A DNA stretch of 64,000 nucleotides from an uncultured Bacillota bacterium. GTDB taxonomy: Bacteria; Bacillota; Clostridia; Christensenellales; UBA1242. Numbering within the stretch: position 1 is the stretch's first letter; every line of letters starts with the position of its first letter. The translations under genes and the position numbers were made by a program. The stretch spans positions 18,936-82,935 of the forward strand of contig CAOJXO010000003.1 in assembly GCA_948465545.1 (NCBI GenBank), read 5' to 3'. The notes beneath the pieces are model-generated. The model had not been told where the DNA came from. It made no database searches and saw nothing but the letters and a program-made list of their open reading frames with translations. This document shows positions 55,875-64,000 of the stretch, piece by piece.

Positions 55875-57065
55875 TTAAACCGCTCTTCTGAGTATATCTC
55901 CAACCTCAAATGGTAAATCCGACTTAAGTTTTACCCGTTGTTGCACCCCTTTTACGTCAGTAATAACATCACCTTTTTCATCAGTCATATCACCTATTTT
56001 AATCTTTTTATTAAAAATTTTCTTATTAGGACTTAAAATTTCAAGTTCCTCACCTTTGCAAAAGCGATTTCTTTGCTCAAGCACAATACCGCCATCAAAT
56101 GTGTCAACCACAACCGCAACAAACTCATGTGTTTGCACTGGCATAGAGTCCTCCAAGTATTCTTTATCTTTTGCCTCAAGATAGAAGCCTGTGGAATATT
56201 GCCTATGACTGGCTTTTTCAAGTTCGGCTATAAGTTGTTCTGTCGCCTGATAATTAGGATTATCAAGAACCTGCCTATATGCATTAACCACGGTGGCAAC
56301 ATAGTAAGCCGATTTCATTCTTCCCTCAATCTTCAAACTTACAACGCCAGCATCCTCCAGTTCTTTAAGATGAGAAATCATATTCATATCTTTAGAGTTT
56401 AAAATATATGTCCCCCTTTCATCTTCCTCAATAGGATATTCGTCTTTGCGGTTTACCTCACGGATAGCATACTTCCAACGGCAAGCCTGAACGCAAGCCC
56501 CATGATTTGACTCACGCCCTGTCATATAGTTTGAAAGCAGACATCTTCCTGAATATGAAATACACATTGCCCCATGTACGAAGGCTTCAAGTTCCACAGA
56601 AGAGCCAAGTTTTTCATGCATAGCCTTAATTTGCTTTAAGTTCATCTCTCTTGCAAGCACAATGCGGGTTGCCCCCATATCCACAAATACCTTTGCAGAA
56701 TAGTAGTTGTTTACATTTGCTTGTGTAGACACATGAACATTTAGTGCGGGGGCATTCTCTCTAATAAATTTTACCACCCCAAGGTCGCTGACAATAACAC
56801 CATCAACCTTTGCTTTAACAAGAAGGTTTAAATATTCGCCAAGTCCCTCAAAGTCCTCATCATTCGCAACAATATTTAAAGTGATATATCCCTTCTTTCC
56901 ACGTGCATGAAGATACTTCATCGCTTCAACAATTTCATCATCAGAAAAGTTGCCTGCAAAAGCACGCAAGCCAAACCTTTTACCACTAAAATACACTGCG
57001 TCTGCCCCAAAGTGAACAGCCGTAATAAGTTTTTCAAAATTACCCGCAGGTGCTAATAATTCCAT
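55875..57065 (-). CDS. U32-family peptidase-like protein (RlhA/TrhP-type)
   Basis: MELLAPAGN start and the E.FVHGAMC.SYSGRC motif are characteristic of the U32 family. Confidence 0.85.
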   Translation of the reverse strand: MELLAPAGNFEKLITAVHFGADAVYFSGKRFGLRAFAGNFSDDEIVEAMKYLHARGKKGYITLNIVANDEDFEGLGEYLNLLVKAKVDGVIVSDLGVVKFIRENAPALNVHVSTQANVNNYYSAKVFVDMGATRIVLAREMNLKQIKAMHEKLGSSVELEAFVHGAMCISYSGRCLLSNYMTGRESNHGACVQACRWKYAIREVNRKDEYPIEEDERGTYILNSKDMNMISHLKELEDAGVVSLKIEGRMKSAYYVATVVNAYRQVLDNPNYQATEQLIAELEKASHRQYSTGFYLEAKDKEYLEDSMPVQTHEFVAVVVDTFDGGIVLEQRNRFCKGEELEILSPNKKIFNKKIKIGDMTDEKGDVITDVKGVQQRVKLKSDLPFEVGDILRRAV

Positions 57066-57826
57066 TATTTCTCCTTTTGTATGGTGTTTTCTTCTAAATT
57101 TTTATTATTTTGTGTTAATTTTTGTTGTCTTTTCAATTTTAACCAATTCACCATACCATACACATCACTTATCGCAAAAGACAGGAAACATACCGCCATA
57201 GGTATAAAATCCGTACCAAAATCCTTTCCTTCAAACAAAGGTAACAACCACATAACAACAAGCAACACACTATTGATAATATATACAGCAAAGTTGTAAA
57301 AACTACCCCTAAGCATAAGATAATTTGCAATAATAGGTATTACAAAAGTAAAGACACTTAAAACCAAATAGTTTGTATTTAATGCTCTTAAACCAAAATA
57401 GGCAGCCACCCCAACAGCCACAGCCACAGCAAAAATAATCAACCATTCTTTCCATTTTATATCATTAACAATAACAGAAGATGACCTTTCCTCTTTAAGT
57501 TTCTTATGATTTTTAATCCAAGACACAATAGTAAAAATTTGAAGTGGAACAAGGACAAACATATTCAAAATCGCCTCGCCGTATAAACCATTAAGATATG
57601 CTTGTACTGCATATAGCACATATCCACAAATCATCGCATAAGGTGCTATCACAAACCCCTTAGACAAAATAAACACAGCAATCAAAGCGATTATTGAATA
57701 AACAATCGATAACGCATCACATTGAAACACAATAGAAACTATAGTCACCGCAAGTAATGATAGTGGCAAATAAATATAATCAAACAGATTAAATTTCTTA
57801 AAAAAATCATCAACTTTTTGTTTCAT
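57065..57826 (-). CDS. PnuC-like nicotinamide riboside transporter
   Basis: 253 aa with about 7-8 TM segments and conserved Trp-containing segments (SWIKN, VNWLKL) as in PnuC. Low-certainty family call. Confidence 0.5.
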   Translation of the reverse strand: MKQKVDDFFKKFNLFDYIYLPLSLLAVTIVSIVFQCDALSIVYSIIALIAVFILSKGFVIAPYAMICGYVLYAVQAYLNGLYGEAILNMFVLVPLQIFTIVSWIKNHKKLKEERSSSVIVNDIKWKEWLIIFAVAVAVGVAAYFGLRALNTNYLVLSVFTFVIPIIANYLMLRGSFYNFAVYIINSVLLVVMWLLPLFEGKDFGTDFIPMAVCFLSFAISDVYGMVNWLKLKRQQKLTQNNKNLEENTIQKEK

Positions 57827-58892
57827 ATACCGCCCCTAATTCTACATTCGGCTTTGCTGTTAAATCAAGGTCTGCAAGTCCAAGCCCTTTTTTAATCATA
57901 TAGTAGCCCGCAGAGCCTATCATTGCTGCATTATCAGTGCAAAACGAAAGTACTGGTGCATAGAACTCTATCCCCTCTTTTTCGCACATTTCTTTCAGTT
58001 TTTCTTTTAACATATAGTTTGCACCAACACCGCCAGCAACAACAAGTTTTGTTTGACCTACATAATGGCAAGCCCTCACCGCTTTCGAAGTAAGTTCGTC
58101 GGTTACATGCTCCTCAAAAGAGCGTGCCACATCACACTTTTCAAACGCCTCACCCTTTTGCTCGTGATTGTGAACGAAATTCACCACCGCCGTCTTAATA
58201 CCGCTAAAAGAAAAGTTAAAAGTATCTTTAAGGCTGTTTGAAACGGTAAATTTATAAATATCCTTTCCAGTCTTTGCAAGTTTATCTATTTCAGGGCCAC
58301 CAGGGTAAGGAAGTCCTAATACCCTTGCCACCTTGTCAAACGCCTCTCCAACAGCGTCATCGACTGTTGTACCAAGAAGGCGATACTCTTCATAATCCTT
58401 AACCTCCAAAATGGCAGTATGTCCGCCACTTACCATAAGGCAAACAAAAGGAGGCTCTAACTTAGCATGAGATATATAATTTGCAGAAATATGACCATGC
58501 ACGTGACTGACAGCGATAAGAGGAACGTCCAAAGTGTAAGCAAGGCTCTTCGCAAAGTTGACACCAACAAGCAACGCCCCAACAAGCCCTGCACCATAGG
58601 TAACAGCAACAGCGTCAATTTGGTTTTTAGTTACGCCTGCTTTTTGCAGAGCCTCATCAAAGATGTTGGCAATGGCGGTAATATGATTTCTGGATGCAAC
58701 CTCTGGCACAACGCCACCAAAGCGTCTGTGAATTTCAATTTGAGAAGCAATAATGTTTGATAAAACCTCACGACCATTTTTAACAACTGCCACGCTTGTT
58801 TCATCGCAAGAACTTTCAATAGACAATACAATAACGTCTTTTTTGGCTTGCAACTTCTTAAATTTTTCTTTCATCCTTTCAAAATATTTCAT
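57810..58892 (-). CDS. tsaD: tRNA N6-adenosine threonylcarbamoyltransferase TsaD
   Basis: LSIESSCDETSVAVV, HVHGH, and the GVGANY/CTDNAAMIG motifs. Confidence 0.9.
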   Translation of the reverse strand: MKYFERMKEKFKKLQAKKDVIVLSIESSCDETSVAVVKNGREVLSNIIASQIEIHRRFGGVVPEVASRNHITAIANIFDEALQKAGVTKNQIDAVAVTYGAGLVGALLVGVNFAKSLAYTLDVPLIAVSHVHGHISANYISHAKLEPPFVCLMVSGGHTAILEVKDYEEYRLLGTTVDDAVGEAFDKVARVLGLPYPGGPEIDKLAKTGKDIYKFTVSNSLKDTFNFSFSGIKTAVVNFVHNHEQKGEAFEKCDVARSFEEHVTDELTSKAVRACHYVGQTKLVVAGGVGANYMLKEKLKEMCEKEGIEFYAPVLSFCTDNAAMIGSAGYYMIKKGLGLADLDLTAKPNVELGAVYETKS

Positions 58893-58900
58893 TTTGTCAC

Positions 58901-59996
58901 CTAAATCTTCTTTAAATATTCATTGATAAATTCTTGTATATTGCCGTTCATAACCCCGTTCACATCACTATCTTCATAGCCCGTTCTGTGGTCTTTAACA
59001 AGGGTGTAAGGACAAAAAACATAAGAGCGTATCTGGCTTCCCCATTCAATCTTCTTGATTTCACCACGAATCTCAGCAAGTTTTTCCATTTCCTCACTTT
59101 CTTGTTTTTCAACAAGTTTAGAGTAAAGCATACTCATAGCAGTTTCCTTATTCTGCACCTGACTACGCTCTGTCTGGCAAGCCACAACGATGCCTGTTGG
59201 AATATGTGTGATACGCACCGCACTATCAGTTTTATTGATATGTTGTCCGCCTGCACCAGAGGCACGATAGGTATCAATCTTTAAATCTTCCGTCCTAATT
59301 TCAATATCTGGTGCATCTTCAATCTTTGGCATAACCTCCACACTTGCAAAACTTGTATGTCTGCGTGCATTAGAATCAAATGGTGAAATACGAACCAGCC
59401 TATGCACCCCATTTTCTGCTTTCAAATATCCATATGCATTTGTGCCGCTAACCTCAAATGTGATTCCTTTAAGTCCCGCTTCATCACCATCAAGTACATC
59501 AAGCACCTTGATTTTAAAGCCATTCTTCTCACTATACATGCCATACATACGGTAAAGCATATCAGTCCAGTCCTGAGCCTCCGTGCCACCAGCACCAGCA
59601 TGAAGAGTGATAATCGCATCATACGCATCATACTTTCCGCTTAGCAGGTTGTCTATTTTTGCCTTTTCAACCGCCCCCGAAAATGCTTGAAGTGATGCTT
59701 CTAACTCCTTTTCAAATTCGCTGTCGCCACTCTCTTCAATCATTTCGATTAGTGTGTAACAATCATTCATCTGCCCTTCAAGACTTTTTAATAGGTCAAG
59801 TTTACGTTCTTTTTCTTTAATTTCCTTCCCAACTTTAAGGGCAAGTTTGGCATCTTGATAAAATCCCTCCGCCCCCTGCTGAGCCTTTAACGCTTCAAGG
59901 TCAGAATTAAGTTTAGCGGAGTCAAAGACACTCCTTTATAAAATCAAAATCTTCTTTAAGTGCATTTAATTTTTCTTTAACATTATCTAAAATCAT
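58901..59996 (-). CDS. prfB: peptide chain release factor 2 (requires a programmed +1 frameshift at 59924)
   Basis: A 24-codon frame-0 leader (MILDNVKEKLNALKEDFDFIKECL) ends in CTT TGA C, preceded by AAGGAG and a 3-nt spacer. The +1 frame continues as DSAKLNSDLEA into the 289-aa track ORF, which contains SGAGGQHINKTDSAVR (GGQ). Confidence 0.92.
59921..59936 (-). promoter_or_regulatory. prfB autoregulatory +1 frameshift site (SD-like AAGGAG - TGT - CTT TGA C)
   Basis: Frame arithmetic was checked against both ORFs. Confidence 0.9.
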
Positions 59997-60162
59997 AAAA
60001 ACCTCTCTTAGTAATAAAGAGTATACCACAAATTCTGGTTATAACAAAACAAAAGTTAATTCAATGCACAATTTTAAGGGGTAGTTGCATATTTTATGAT
60101 GTATGCAAACTAAAAACTAGGATAACGCCCTAGATAGCAAAAAAGCATAAGGAGGAACTTAA

Positions 60163-60810
60163 ATGTCGTTTTTTATAAACAACACAAACCCTAACAGACC
60201 TGGTCCTATGACAGGCAATCCACTTAATGGAATCTGTGAAAAGGTTTTAATTGAAACAACGAAGGTTTTTGATGCTTGCGTATCACAAACCACCGAAACA
60301 GGAATAATTTTACCAGTAACAGGCTTTAATCCAGAAAACCCAACCCTTCCACTCACATACGTATCTGCACAAAATGCACCTGGCGAAAGCGTAGTGGTAT
60401 CTGATATTGTTATCGATAGAATTGAGTCTTCACCAAACTACGCAAACGTAAGTTTAACGGTAACAATTCCAGTAACAGTTACTTATAGAGATGCAAATGG
60501 AGTGCTTGGCACTGGTTCAAGTTCAATCACTGTGAATAAGAGTGTAATGCTGTTTGTTCCACAACCAGCAATTACTCCTGTAAACATCACAGCAACAGGA
60601 ATCTTCTCAAGCCAAATCGGCACATTCACTGGCGAAAATATATTTACAGTAACAGGCTGTATCCAAATTATGATTAAGGTAACCTCAGTAGTAGACATCT
60701 TAATTCCATCATATGGCTATCCTGTTGTGCCACCATGTCAAGCAGCACCTGAATCAAGCGCTTGCCGTGGCTTACAAAATTTACCACTCTATCCAACGGC
60801 ACAAAACTAA
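60163..60810 (+). CDS. hypothetical beta-rich protein (215 aa)
   Basis: AAGGAGG RBS and a strong terminator. Thr/Val/Ile/Pro-rich with no signal peptide. No family recognised. Confidence 0.5.
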   Translation: MSFFINNTNPNRPGPMTGNPLNGICEKVLIETTKVFDACVSQTTETGIILPVTGFNPENPTLPLTYVSAQNAPGESVVVSDIVIDRIESSPNYANVSLTVTIPVTVTYRDANGVLGTGSSSITVNKSVMLFVPQPAITPVNITATGIFSSQIGTFTGENIFTVTGCIQIMIKVTSVVDILIPSYGYPVVPPCQAAPESSACRGLQNLPLYPTAQN

Positions 60811-60826
60811 AAAATATAGCAAAAAA

Positions 60827-60845
60827 AGGCGGGGCTTACCCGCCT
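60827..60845. terminator. bidirectional terminator aggcggg-gctta-cccgcct
   Basis: Flanked by A7 and T6 runs. It contains the tlyA stop codon. Confidence 0.75.
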
Positions 60846-61615
60846 TTTTTAAATGCACCATCAACCACTTTATCAATATTAACTGACTGCTTTCTCTTTC
60901 CATTCAAGTGAAATAAGTATTCGATATTTCCCTCTTTTCCACGAATCCCAGAACATACTAAACCACTCACCTCAAACCCGAAAACTCTTACATAATCCAA
61001 AAAATCTTTAAGCAGTTTTTTATGTAACTTTTGGTCTAGAACCACACCTTTGTATTTTTTAGCAATCTCTGCCCCACATTCAAATTGAGGTTTAAAAAGC
61101 ATAACAATTTCAATTTTTTCACCAAAAAGTTCACAAATTTTAGGAAAAATATGTTTAAGAGAGATAAAAGATACGTCCCCTATAATCAAATCAACATCTT
61201 TGCATATATCCTTGTTAACACTTCTAAAATCAGTGCCTTCCATATTTACAACACGGGCGTCATTGGCAAGAAGTGGGCTAAGTTCCCCTCTGCCAACATC
61301 TACGGCATAAACCTTTTTTGCACCATTATTAACTGCAAATTGAGTAAACCCACCAGTAGACGCACCTATATCCATAACTAAGCGATTTTCAAAAGAAAAT
61401 TCAAACTCTTCATAGGCACACTTTATTTTATACGCCCCACGTGAAACGAAATTGTCCGCCTTATCCACCTCTACTTTGGCATTTTCAGCCACCTCATATG
61501 CGGGCTTATTTACCACTTTGCCGTCAACAAAAACAGAGCCTGCCTTGATAGCCTCTTTTGCCTTTTCCCTTGACGGCATTAGTCCGTTTCCCATTAAATA
61601 CATATCTAGTCGCAT
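60836..61615 (-). CDS. tlyA: TlyA-family rRNA 2'-O-methyltransferase
   Basis: An S4-like N-terminus (MRLDMYL...SREKAKEAIKAGSVFVDGKVVNKPAYEV) followed by an FtsJ-like domain (DIGASTGGFT). Confidence 0.85.
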   Translation of the reverse strand: MRLDMYLMGNGLMPSREKAKEAIKAGSVFVDGKVVNKPAYEVAENAKVEVDKADNFVSRGAYKIKCAYEEFEFSFENRLVMDIGASTGGFTQFAVNNGAKKVYAVDVGRGELSPLLANDARVVNMEGTDFRSVNKDICKDVDLIIGDVSFISLKHIFPKICELFGEKIEIVMLFKPQFECGAEIAKKYKGVVLDQKLHKKLLKDFLDYVRVFGFEVSGLVCSGIRGKEGNIEYLFHLNGKRKQSVNIDKVVDGAFKKGG

Positions 61616-61669
61616 ACCTATATTTTAACACAAACAAAATAAAAAAGATATTGTTTAAAGCAATATCTT

Positions 61670-62254
61670 TTACCCGTTTTCAGCAAAACTATTTTCAATC
61701 TCCATAATAGCCATTGCATTCTCTTCACTATTAAGAATTTCATATAAAGCCATCAATTCTTTAAGAACATTAAGGTGTTTTTTCATAAGAGGTAAATCAC
61801 CTTTTTCATACGCCTTGCAGGCCTTGATTATACATTTTCTAATTTCTACATAACCATTAATCCTATCTAAATATTCTTCATTATTGATGGTTGAGTAATT
61901 TTTAATACAGTCATCCCCAATATCTTGAAGGTCCTCAGGTAAATAGTCTGATTTTGACCTTTCTAAATAAGGTATAATCAAATTTACACGCTGCAACAAA
62001 GCGTCAGAACTTGATATTTTATTCGAAGCAGCAAACTCAATGTCATGCTTTAAAAGAACACCTGCTTGATTATAAATATTACTCAAATGAATGATAACCA
62101 TCTTATTCTCAACATTATCAAACTTACCAGAAATGTCCTCTTCGCCAATAAGTTTATCTGAGTTTTCTTTTACTTCATATAATTTAACAAGTTCGCGATT
62201 TAATTTCCAGCACACATTTCTAAAATCTCTAATACCTGTCTTTCTCTCTTCCAT
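61670..62254 (-). CDS. hypothetical helical protein (194 aa)
   Basis: Start set at MEERKTG, preceded by an AAAGGAGAAGG RBS. Terminator downstream. No family recognised. Confidence 0.45.
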   Translation of the reverse strand: MEERKTGIRDFRNVCWKLNRELVKLYEVKENSDKLIGEEDISGKFDNVENKMVIIHLSNIYNQAGVLLKHDIEFAASNKISSSDALLQRVNLIIPYLERSKSDYLPEDLQDIGDDCIKNYSTINNEEYLDRINGYVEIRKCIIKACKAYEKGDLPLMKKHLNVLKELMALYEILNSEENAMAIMEIENSFAENG

Positions 62255-62350
62255 ACCTTCTCCTTTGTACTTATTATACCACATAATTTACATAAAGTAA
62301 ACATCAAAATAAAAAAGGTTATTATATAATAACCTTTATATCAATATAAC

Positions 62351-63985
62351 CTATTCAAGAGATACCAAATAATAGTATACTGGTTGTCCGCCATATGCGG
62401 TTGTAATTTCGCAATCTGGGTATTTTGCGGCAAGTTTTTCAGCAAGTGCATTTGCCTCTTCTTCTCTAATATCCTCACCATAGAAAAGGGTTACAGTCAT
62501 AGTTTCTTCTGTCATGAGTTTAGCGATAAGGGCTTCAGTAGTGTCTGAAACAAGTTTGCCTTTTGCTAAGATTGCCTTATCGTTAAGTCCGATAATTTCG
62601 CCTACTCTAAGGTCAAATCCGTCAACATGGGTGTCACGTACTGCGTATGTTACATACGCTGATTTAACGCTCTTAATAGCCTCATTCATGGCATTAGTGT
62701 TTTCTTCTACACTTGCATCAGGATTGAATGCAATAGAGGCAGAAATCCCCTCTGGGACGCTTCTTGTAGGAATGATAATAAGATTTTTATTTGTAAGGTC
62801 GTTTGCTTGATTAGCAGCAAGAATAATGTTTTTATTGTTAGGGAAAACAAGCACATTTCTTGCAGGAACCTTATCAGCAGCAGCAGCGATGTCAGCAGCA
62901 CTAGGGTTCATAGTTTGTCCGCCAACGATAATCTCATCAACGCTTAAATCCTTGAAAATAGCAGAAAGTCCATCGCCAGGGGCAACTGCAACCATACCGA
63001 TTTCCTTAGTTTCTTCAAGAACATTAGCCTTTTTCTTAATTTCACGATTTTGCTCTCTCATGTTCTCAATTTTGATGTTGTAGATTTCGCCAAGTTCAAG
63101 TGCATAACCGATAGCCTTATTTGGTTCGTTAGAATGTACGTGTACCTTTACAAGATTAAGGTCACCGATACAAATAACGCTATCGCCGATTTGCATAAGT
63201 TTTTCACGAAGTTTCTCAATGTCCGCTTCAGTGGTCTTCTTATTCATATGAATAATCATATATTCAGTGCAATATCCAAATTGAATATCGCCAAGATTGT
63301 TGATGTCCGCAATAACATCGTCAACAGTTTGAGGTTTTTGTTCGTCATCAAAAGTGATTTCAAAGTCCTCTTCGCCGATGATAAGTTTATAGAAACCCGT
63401 GAAAATAATGATAATTCCACGTCCACCTGCGTCAACTACCCCCGCTTTTTTAAGAACAGGAAGCATTTCAGGTGTCTGCTTAAGGATTTCTTCACCTGTT
63501 TGAAGCACACTCTTCAAGAATTGCTCAAAGTCATCACACTTCTTTGCAACGTTTACAGCGTTTTCAGCCATAACACGGATAACTGTAAGGATTGTGCCTT
63601 CCTTTGGTTTTGTAACCGCTTTATAGGCAATGTTAGCACCCTCTTGCATAGCCTTAGCAAAAACCTTAGTCGTAATCTCTGACGACTTCTTAATTTCGCT
63701 GGCAAAGCCTTTGAAGATTTGAGAAGTGATAACACCACTGTTTCCTCTTGCACCTTTTAACGCACCTTTTGCAAAAGCATCACTAAGGGCATCGATATCA
63801 TTTGTAATACACTTTGAAACTTCATTTACTGCAGACTTCATAGTGAGGAACATATTTGTACCAGTATCACCATCAGGTACAGGGAAAACGTTGAGCGAAT
63901 CAACGTACTTTTTATTTTTTTCAAGAAGGCTAGCACCAGCCACAATCATCTTACGGAAAGTTGCTCCGTTAATAGTCTTAATCAT
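62351..63985 (-). CDS. yloV: DAK2-domain fusion protein YloV
   Basis: 544 aa. The N-terminal Dak2 pattern (LNVFPVPDGDTGTNM) and a DegV-like C-terminus match YloV. Confidence 0.85.
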   Translation of the reverse strand: MIKTINGATFRKMIVAGASLLEKNKKYVDSLNVFPVPDGDTGTNMFLTMKSAVNEVSKCITNDIDALSDAFAKGALKGARGNSGVITSQIFKGFASEIKKSSEITTKVFAKAMQEGANIAYKAVTKPKEGTILTVIRVMAENAVNVAKKCDDFEQFLKSVLQTGEEILKQTPEMLPVLKKAGVVDAGGRGIIIIFTGFYKLIIGEEDFEITFDDEQKPQTVDDVIADINNLGDIQFGYCTEYMIIHMNKKTTEADIEKLREKLMQIGDSVICIGDLNLVKVHVHSNEPNKAIGYALELGEIYNIKIENMREQNREIKKKANVLEETKEIGMVAVAPGDGLSAIFKDLSVDEIIVGGQTMNPSAADIAAAADKVPARNVLVFPNNKNIILAANQANDLTNKNLIIIPTRSVPEGISASIAFNPDASVEENTNAMNEAIKSVKSAYVTYAVRDTHVDGFDLRVGEIIGLNDKAILAKGKLVSDTTEALIAKLMTEETMTVTLFYGEDIREEEANALAEKLAAKYPDCEITTAYGGQPVYYYLVSLE

Positions 63986-64000
63986 CTTATTTTTCTCCTA

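Noticed and set aside
63050-63682. 210-aa plus-strand ORF inside yloV, and similar long antisense ORFs inside ileS, the portal gene, topA and dnaK
   Set aside because: Each lies fully within a well-supported minus-strand gene. They have no RBS and low-complexity translations.
1-64000. CRISPR arrays, tRNA and rRNA genes, transposases or IS elements
   Set aside because: No regularly spaced direct repeats, no tRNA-like T-arm or acceptor patterns, no rRNA-like sequence and no transposase-like ORFs were seen. The only stable RNA recognised is the SRP RNA.

Overview
AT-rich, Firmicutes/Clostridia-like chromosomal window using the standard bacterial code (TGA is a stop, and prfB carries its classic +1 frameshift). 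About 80% of genes are on the minus strand. The backbone is housekeeping and partly mirrors the Bacillus yqe-region order. It includes pcrA (partial), holA-comEC, pepF, rluA, ileS, a large Bacillus-type SRP RNA, nifS-nifU, trxA, tcdA, topA-trmFO-hslVU, dprA, comM, rplS, rpsU, mtaB, rsmE and rnhB. It continues with hrcA-grpE-dnaK-dnaJ behind a CIRCE operator, a U32 peptidase, pnuC-like, tsaD, prfB, tlyA and yloV. I saw no rRNA, tRNA or CRISPR array. Accessory content is mostly on the plus strand or in small islets. (1) A tightly packed ~7.3 kb phage-derived head module at 8486-15771 has a terS-like gene, Zn-ribbon, portal, scaffold, major capsid, connector-like protein, beta-rich 495-aa protein and two holins. 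It has its own promoter but no large terminase, tail fibre, lysin, integrase or replication genes. (2) A sigma-70-family gene is split by a frameshift inside a G8 tract; once repaired, it carries three tandem region-4-like HTH modules. Two further G9 tracts sit inside other ORFs. (3) GrpE carries a ~66-aa N-terminal domain with 20 cysteines in a metallothionein-like pattern, and a truncated pyrophosphatase-like gene is wedged between dnaK and dnaJ. (4) An islet between rnhB and dnaJ holds a small His-rich, toxin-CT-like gene coupled to a DUF4417/CPCC-like gene. It also holds an SGNH hydrolase cassette flanked by inverted repeats that copy the dnaJ 3' end, and three long GC-rich hairpins. (5) A HEPN-like (RNxxxH)-CBS protein lies just upstream of ileS. 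(6) There is a Cys/Pro-rich 92-aa orphan. All functional calls come from motifs and synteny read by eye and recalled family features; no database search was run.
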